A stretch of 64,000 nucleotides of DNA from an uncultured Gammaproteobacteria bacterium (GTDB lineage Bacteria > Patescibacteriota > Microgenomatia > Woykebacterales > RBG-16-39-9b): the NCBI GenBank assembly GCA_964367355.1, contig CAYIWY010000001.1:35307-99306 (forward strand). The letters run 5' to 3'. The notes below the pieces were generated by a model. It was not told the DNA's origin. It did not search any database and saw only the letters and a program-made list of their open reading frames with translations. Below, piece by piece: positions 55,031 through 64,000 of the stretch; position 1 is the stretch's first letter, and each line of letters opens with the position of its first letter. The translations under genes were made by a program, and so were the position numbers.

Positions 55031-56517
55031 TGCGTCAACTCGAGATCGATTCACAAACCAATCTTTCACATATTCTTTCAGAACTTAAAACCACTGATGA
55101 AAATGGGCTGGAATTAAATGTTGTTCCAAATGAAACTACTGTACTGGACAATCCAATTCATAGATTAATTATTGAAAAAGCCGCTAAAGATTTTAACAAA
55201 GAAGTTGTTTTTCCAGCTTCTCCAATTGAAGACGCTCCGGAGGTGGAAAGTGACGATTTGGGTTTTGTCGAAGGTGAGGATATCGTTGCTAAAACCCCGA
55301 TAGAAGAAGTCCACAAAATGATTCAGCCGGCAGCAGTTATTTCTAAAGAAGTACTTGCCAAAAAGAAAAAGTTTACTCTACCGAAATTCCTCAAAAATAA
55401 ATTAGTCTTACTTGGTATCGGGGTATTTGTCTTAATAATTGCGTTCGGTCTTGGAATTTATTTTTTACCCTTCGCCAAAATAGAATTAGTACTAAGCAGT
55501 GAAACAAAAGACTCACAAATAACTTTGACTGGAGATACGACGCAAAAAGAAGTCGATATTAAAAATAAAGTCGTTCCCATGAAAGCAATTGAAGTTTCTA
55601 AAGAAGGCGATGATGAGCAAACAACAACCGGCAAGAAAACAGTTGGCACTGTAGCTAAAGGCAGAGTTACTATCACAAACAGAAGTGTAGAAAAAACTTT
55701 TATTGCCGGAACAATCTTAACCCCAGTTGCTACTAGTAGTGCTACCTTTAAGTTGGATAATGACGTGACTATTCCGGCTTCGCAATGGCCTCTAGGTTCG
55801 GACGGGACAATTGGTGTTAATGTTACCGCAACTGCAGCAGGAACAGCAGGAAATTTGGCTGCAAACACCTCATTCAAAGTTGGAAGTGCCTCGACCATAG
55901 AAATTTCTGCGAAAAACGACCTAGCTTTATCTGGAGGATCTTCCAAACAGGTAACGGTTGCTTCTGCTGATGACCGGGAAGTTTTAAAGAAGCAGATCGT
56001 CGATAAGCTAACAGCCGATGCCAAGAAAGATACGGAGAAAAAAACTAAGGATTCAATTGTGCCCGACGAGGGCTCGATTGTCGAAGTCGTCAAAGAGGAA
56101 TATGAGCCAAAAGATATAAATGCCGAAGCAGAAAAACTCAAAGCAACAATTTCGATAAAAGTTAAAACCTTTGTCTTTGATAGAAATGATTTAACAAAAG
56201 TCTTTGTGGAATCGTTGGAAAAATCGGCGAAAGGCTTTAGTGTTGATAAGGAAGTTTCCAAAATAACCCTGCAGCAAACTGAAAAAACTTCCGAAACAGT
56301 TGCAAAATTTATCGGTAAAATTAAAGCAGTTTTGCATCCTGAAATTAATAAAAAAGAGATAACTCGGCAAACAACCGGCAAGAGTTTGAACGACGTTGAT
56401 TCGTATTTAGACTCGTCCGGTAATATAAGCAGTTACAAAGTAACTACCTTTCCGGGATTTTTTAAGTTTATGCCGTTTAACCAAAGTAAGATTGAAGTAA
56501 GGCTGAAAAACGACTAG
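55030..56517 (+). CDS. hypothetical bitopic membrane protein with a Thr/Val-rich extracellular domain
   Basis: TM around residues 120-145 (LVLLGIGVFVLIIAFGLGIYFLPF). Translationally coupled to the upstream gene (ATGA overlap). Confidence 0.4.
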   Translation: MRQLEIDSQTNLSHILSELKTTDENGLELNVVPNETTVLDNPIHRLIIEKAAKDFNKEVVFPASPIEDAPEVESDDLGFVEGEDIVAKTPIEEVHKMIQPAAVISKEVLAKKKKFTLPKFLKNKLVLLGIGVFVLIIAFGLGIYFLPFAKIELVLSSETKDSQITLTGDTTQKEVDIKNKVVPMKAIEVSKEGDDEQTTTGKKTVGTVAKGRVTITNRSVEKTFIAGTILTPVATSSATFKLDNDVTIPASQWPLGSDGTIGVNVTATAAGTAGNLAANTSFKVGSASTIEISAKNDLALSGGSSKQVTVASADDREVLKKQIVDKLTADAKKDTEKKTKDSIVPDEGSIVEVVKEEYEPKDINAEAEKLKATISIKVKTFVFDRNDLTKVFVESLEKSAKGFSVDKEVSKITLQQTEKTSETVAKFIGKIKAVLHPEINKKEITRQTTGKSLNDVDSYLDSSGNISSYKVTTFPGFFKFMPFNQSKIEVRLKND

Positions 56518-56540
56518 TTTAGAAAAATCAAAAAATTATT

Positions 56541-57599
56541 GTGGAAACAAATTGGATCAAAAAAAAGAAAATTTTTTCTAAACGTTGGTTTCTTACAATA
56601 GCAGTTTTTCTTCTTCTGACCATCCCACTTGTTACAATTACCTTCTGGGTAAACTGGGCAACGGCAGCCCCAGAAAATAGCGGCAAAGAAAAGATTTTTG
56701 TTATTAAGGAAAACGAATCAATTATTAGTATTGCTAAAAGATTAAAAGCAGAAGGTTTAATACGGGACGAGACTGTTTTTAGAATTTATACAAGAATAAA
56801 CTGCAAAGGTATTGATTTTAAGAATTTGGCAACATTATTTAAAAAATACCCGCCCAAGGATTGTCTAAGCGGTAATATCCAAGCTGGAAGTTTCAAGCTT
56901 TCTCCAGCCCTGAGTTTAGCTACTCTTTCTTTAAAACTAACCAGCGGTAAGATTGATAGCTGGATAAAAATTGTTGAGGGTTTGAGAAACGAAGAAATTG
57001 CACAAAAGCTAGAAAAGCAATTCCCGATAAAAAAAGATGATTTTCTAAAGATTGCAGAAATTGGCTACATGTTTCCGGATACTTATCTTTTTAAAGTTAA
57101 TTCAACTGCCGCAGAAGTCGTGGAAAAAATGAGACAAACTTTCGATTTACGATTTGAGGAGAGTTTGCAGGAGAAAGTAAAAGCTCAAGGACTTACAGTT
57201 AACGAAGCGGTAATTTTAGCATCAATTATTGAAAGAGAATCTAGGGATACAGATGAGCGGCCGATTATTGCCGGAATTTTATTAAAAAGACTGTTCGAAG
57301 GTTGGAGACTAGAAGTTGATGCGACGATTCAATACGCTCTTGGTTATGATCAAGACAACAAAACTTGGTGGAAAAAAAGTTTAACAATCGAGGATTTGGC
57401 AATTGATAGTCCATACAACAGCCGTAAATTTGCCGGTTTACCACCAACTCCAATTGCTAATCCAGGACTTTCATCCCTTAAGGCTGTTGCCCAACCAGTG
57501 GAATCTAGTTATTACTTTTATCTACACGACAGTAAAGGCGAAATACATTTTGCTAAAACCCTGAATGAACACAACAGCAATAAAGTAAAATACTTGTAG
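56541..57599 (+). CDS. mltG: endolytic murein transglycosylase MltG (YceG-like)
   Basis: N-terminal TM, LysM-like segment and the YceG domain with the conserved E residue (SIIERES). Confidence 0.75.
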   Translation: METNWIKKKKIFSKRWFLTIAVFLLLTIPLVTITFWVNWATAAPENSGKEKIFVIKENESIISIAKRLKAEGLIRDETVFRIYTRINCKGIDFKNLATLFKKYPPKDCLSGNIQAGSFKLSPALSLATLSLKLTSGKIDSWIKIVEGLRNEEIAQKLEKQFPIKKDDFLKIAEIGYMFPDTYLFKVNSTAAEVVEKMRQTFDLRFEESLQEKVKAQGLTVNEAVILASIIERESRDTDERPIIAGILLKRLFEGWRLEVDATIQYALGYDQDNKTWWKKSLTIEDLAIDSPYNSRKFAGLPPTPIANPGLSSLKAVAQPVESSYYFYLHDSKGEIHFAKTLNEHNSNKVKYL

Positions 57600-57614
57600 C
57601 TAAAATGATAGGTC

Positions 57615-57643
57615 TTGACAGAATAATAATGTTTGGGTATTAT
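57615..57643 (+). promoter_or_regulatory. rpoBC promoter TTGACA, 17 bp, TATTAT
   Basis: Seen directly, about 135 nt upstream of the rpoB ATG. Confidence 0.5.
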
Positions 57644-57777
57644 AGGGTTATAACTGAATATTTTTGTGGCGTACAACCGTACGGGTACGTCTTTGTTGGT
57701 TGGAAATAAACTGCCGAATATTTTTTAATAACACTTGTATCATTACGATACCAAGGAGCTAAAGGGTAACATTATAG

Positions 57778-61167
<3,390 letters not shown>

Positions 61168-61248
61168 CCATGAACGAAATATCAACCAAGAAGAAGTTTT
61201 TGACAAATTTTGAATTTATTAATATTACGGTAGATATTTCATAAAACC

Positions 61249-64000
61249 ATGAATGAAATTAAAGATTTTAAAGCACTAAGAATAGTTTTAGCCTCAAACG
61301 AGGATGTTATGAGCTGGTCTCATGGTGAAATTACCAAACCTGAGACTATTAATTACCGAACTTTTAAACCAGAAAAGGACGGTCTTTTTGATGAAAAAAT
61401 CTTTGGGCCAACTAAGGATTGGGAATGTTATTGTGGTAAGTACAAGAGAATTCGTTATCGAGGTGTTATTTGTGATAAGTGTGGTGTTGAGGTAACTCAG
61501 AGCAAAGTTCGACGCGAGCGAATGGGTCATATTAAATTGTCTGCTCCTGTAGCCCACGTCTGGTTCTTTAAAGGTACTCCGAGTAAACTTTCTCAGCTTT
61601 TGGATCTTTCCCCAAGAAGTTTGGATGCCGTTATATATTTTGCAGAATACTTGATCATTAATGTAAATGAAGATAAGCAAAAAGAAGCAATCGAGAAACT
61701 TGAGAAGCAATTAGACGAAAAGAAAGCTGAAATCCGCACAATCTTCGTTGACAGAATCAAAGAGTCAGAAGTTTCCTACAAAAACGATATTAAAAAAGTT
61801 GATGTTAAGAATAAGGAACAAAAAGAATTAATTACTTCTGAAATTGAACTAAAAAGCAAAGCTAAAACTGCGAGTTTACGGGATGAGGAAGTTGCGGAAA
61901 TCACTCGGCTTGAGAACATTTTTAAAACAATTATCGAGAAAGTAAAAACTTTGCGAAAACTCTCCCTTCTTTCAGAAGAAGATTACTATCGTTTTCTTGA
62001 GTACGGGATTGATGGTGTAGCCAAAATCGGTATGGGTGCGGAAGCAATAATGGAAGTTCTCAAGGACTTGGATTTGGCAAAACTAGCCCAAGAATTACGT
62101 GCCGAAGTACAGTCAACCTCAGGACAAAAACTACTTAAAGCAACCAAAAGACTGAGAGTGGTTGAGAGTTTGCGAGGTGCTGGCATTGATATTAGTTGGA
62201 TGGTATTGGGTGTACTGCCAGTAATTCCTCCAGATCTTCGTCCAATGGTCCAGCTTTCAGGAGGGCGTTTTGCAACTTCTGATTTAAACGATCTTTACCG
62301 CCGAGTGATTAACCGAAACAATCGACTTAGACGATTAACTGATCTTGGAGCCCCAGAAATAATCTTAAGAAACGAAAAAAGAATGCTTCAAGAATCTGTC
62401 GACGCTTTAATTGATTCAACCCAAAGACCAAGTTCAAGGGCCACAGTTACTAAACAACTTCGCTCTTTGTCAGATATGTTGAAAGGTAAGCAAGGAAGAT
62501 TCCGTCAAAACTTACTTGGTAAACGAGTTGATTATTCTGGACGTTCTGTAATTATCGTTGCGCCTGATATCAAACTTAATGAATGTCGGTTGCCAAAAGA
62601 AATGGCTTTGGAATTATTTAAACCATACGTTCTTCGAGAACTTATCGAACAAGGACACGCTCCAAATGTAAAAAGTGCGAAGCATGTATTTGAAAAACGT
62701 GGGGTAGAAGTTTGGGATATCTTAGAAGCAATTACCAAAAACCACCCAGTTTTGTTGAACCGAGCACCAACCCTTCACCGACTTGGAATTCAAGCCTTCT
62801 TCCCGATTTTAACTGAAGGCTCGGCTATTGGTATTCATCCTTCTGTCTGTGCTGGTTATGGTGCTGACTTTGATGGTGACCAAATGGCTATTCACGTCCC
62901 ACTTTCTAAAATGGCTCAAGAAGAAGCCATCAACTTAATGATGACCACAAACAACTTACTTCGTCCAAGTGACGGTGAGCCGATTATGACACCTAAGCAC
63001 GATGTTTTTCTTGGTTGTTATTACCTAACACAAATGAAAGAGGAGGATGAAGCTAAAAGAACTTACTCCGAAGGAGATGCAATTTTGGCTTTGCAAAGTG
63101 GAGCTATTAACATTCATGAACCGATAAATATTATTTTTCAAGGTGAAAAGATAAAAACAACTGTTGGTCGTTTGACGTTTAACCAAATTTTGCCGTTAGA
63201 TATGCGTTATTTAAACCAAGTTATTAAAGGCGGAAAATTAAAGGAATTAATTTTAAGCTGTTTGAGCAAATACGGCAAAGATCGAACAGTTGAATTAATT
63301 GATGATTTAAAGAGACTCGGGTTTCAATACTCAACCAAATCTGGAGTTTCCATATCAATTAGCGATGCTGTTATTTCACCAGAGAAGAAAAAAATGATTG
63401 CGGTAGCAGATTTAAAAGTTGAGGAAATTGATAAAAATTACCGCAAAGGACTGATTACTGAATCTGAAAAACTTCGTTTAACTGAAGAAATTTGGGCGGC
63501 TTTGACAAACGAAATTGACGAAGTGACTTGGAAGAATCTCCCTAAAGAAAATTCTTTACATATTTTGCTTGATTCCGGTGCTCGTGGGTCACGTGACCAA
63601 ATTAAACAGCTAGCTGGTATGAGAGGTTTAGTTGTAGATCCAATGGGCCGAATTATTGAGTTGCCAACAAAAACTAACTATCGAGAGGGTTTAGGAGTTT
63701 ATGAGTACTTTACATCTACTCGTGGTGCTAGGAAAGGGTTGGTTGATAAGGCTTTGAAGACGGCTGATGCAGGACATTTGACCAGAAGATTGGTCGATGT
63801 GACTCATGATGTAATTACTAGGGAAGAAGATTGTCATACACAAGAAGGAATTGTTTTTACTAATAACGGTAATTCAAAGAAATTTGCTAATCGGTTACTT
63901 GGAAGAGTTGTTGCAAGCGATATAAAAGAAGAAAACAAAACTGTGATTAAAGCTGGTGAGTTGATTACAGAAGTGGTTTTGTCAAATGTGGATCCCGAAA
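61249..64000 (+). CDS. rpoC: DNA-directed RNA polymerase subunit beta' (N-terminal part, runs off the window)
   Basis: Zinc-binding CYCGKYKRIRYRGVICDKCGVEV, NADFDGDQM catalytic motif. No stop before 64000. Confidence 0.95.
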   Translation, partial: MNEIKDFKALRIVLASNEDVMSWSHGEITKPETINYRTFKPEKDGLFDEKIFGPTKDWECYCGKYKRIRYRGVICDKCGVEVTQSKVRRERMGHIKLSAPVAHVWFFKGTPSKLSQLLDLSPRSLDAVIYFAEYLIINVNEDKQKEAIEKLEKQLDEKKAEIRTIFVDRIKESEVSYKNDIKKVDVKNKEQKELITSEIELKSKAKTASLRDEEVAEITRLENIFKTIIEKVKTLRKLSLLSEEDYYRFLEYGIDGVAKIGMGAEAIMEVLKDLDLAKLAQELRAEVQSTSGQKLLKATKRLRVVESLRGAGIDISWMVLGVLPVIPPDLRPMVQLSGGRFATSDLNDLYRRVINRNNRLRRLTDLGAPEIILRNEKRMLQESVDALIDSTQRPSSRATVTKQLRSLSDMLKGKQGRFRQNLLGKRVDYSGRSVIIVAPDIKLNECRLPKEMALELFKPYVLRELIEQGHAPNVKSAKHVFEKRGVEVWDILEAITKNHPVLLNRAPTLHRLGIQAFFPILTEGSAIGIHPSVCAGYGADFDGDQMAIHVPLSKMAQEEAINLMMTTNNLLRPSDGEPIMTPKHDVFLGCYYLTQMKEEDEAKRTYSEGDAILALQSGAINIHEPINIIFQGEKIKTTVGRLTFNQILPLDMRYLNQVIKGGKLKELILSCLSKYGKDRTVELIDDLKRLGFQYSTKSGVSISISDAVISPEKKKMIAVADLKVEEIDKNYRKGLITESEKLRLTEEIWAALTNEIDEVTWKNLPKENSLHILLDSGARGSRDQIKQLAGMRGLVVDPMGRIIELPTKTNYREGLGVYEYFTSTRGARKGLVDKALKTADAGHLTRRLVDVTHDVITREEDCHTQEGIVFTNNGNSKKFANRLLGRVVASDIKEENKTVIKAGELITEVVLSNVDPE

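Noticed and set aside
55458-56381. 307-aa minus-strand ORF
   Set aside because: It is antisense to a well-supported plus-strand gene (55030-56517) that is translationally coupled to its neighbour. The product is Ser/Thr/Val-rich, a mirror artifact.

Overview
This 64 kb window looks like a streamlined, low-GC (about 38-40% by eye) bacterial chromosome segment, densely packed with housekeeping genes. Several essential proteins are shorter than usual (AlaRS about 609 aa, IF-2 490 aa, PGK 333 aa, GrpE 146 aa), which fits a CPR/Patescibacteria-like organism. That lineage call is inference only.

Recognisable housekeeping genes include uvrD/pcrA, trxA, pgk, a NUDIX hydrolase, tpiA, an LCP-family protein, murJ, lepA, hrcA-grpE-dnaK, dnaJ, acpP, a three-tRNA operon, nusA-infB, rpsO-pnp, a family-4 UDG, RNase J, ftsK, a rodZ-like gene, alaS, mltG and rpoB-rpoC (rpoC runs off the window end).

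Four clearly GC-richer islands are embedded in this backbone, each driven by AT-rich host-like promoters:
- Island A (about 1097-2820): a roughly 650-bp structured GC-rich leader followed by a 278-aa zinc-ribbon protein.
- Island B (about 26100-28375): five small proteins, including two paralogs that carry three acyl-carrier-protein-like domains lacking the phosphopantetheine serine, and a protein with a tandem Cys-containing repeat.
- Island C (33284-33904): one 151-aa gene sitting between two copies of a 62-bp promoter/operator segment.
- Island D (48960-53890): the most striking. A 260-aa hypothetical protein, then about 1.3 kb of non-coding DNA made of tandem structured repeat units, then a Rad3/XPD/DinG-family Fe-S helicase, then more repeat units.

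The island D repeat units are about 40-46 bp with a conserved head (CAGGGCTGGG) and tail (CTGCCAAC). Between these lies a variable hairpin whose stems covary, including one compensatory pair and one + strand-only T.G wobble; the loop usually contains AGAAAT. Units are spaced about 100-125 bp apart, with unique 60-90 bp inter-unit segments. This periodicity is CRISPR-like, but the repeats are paralogous families rather than identical copies, and no cas1/cas2, integrase or transposase is visible. I regard island D as the candidate novel system: a structured-RNA array with an embedded DinG-like helicase.

Other notable items are a VapBC-like toxin-antitoxin pair, a compact CIRCE-like operator on the hrcA promoter, a 35-bp tandem duplication spanning the hrcA stop codon, a J-domain pseudogene fragment upstream of dnaJ, and several conserved promoter/operator motifs.
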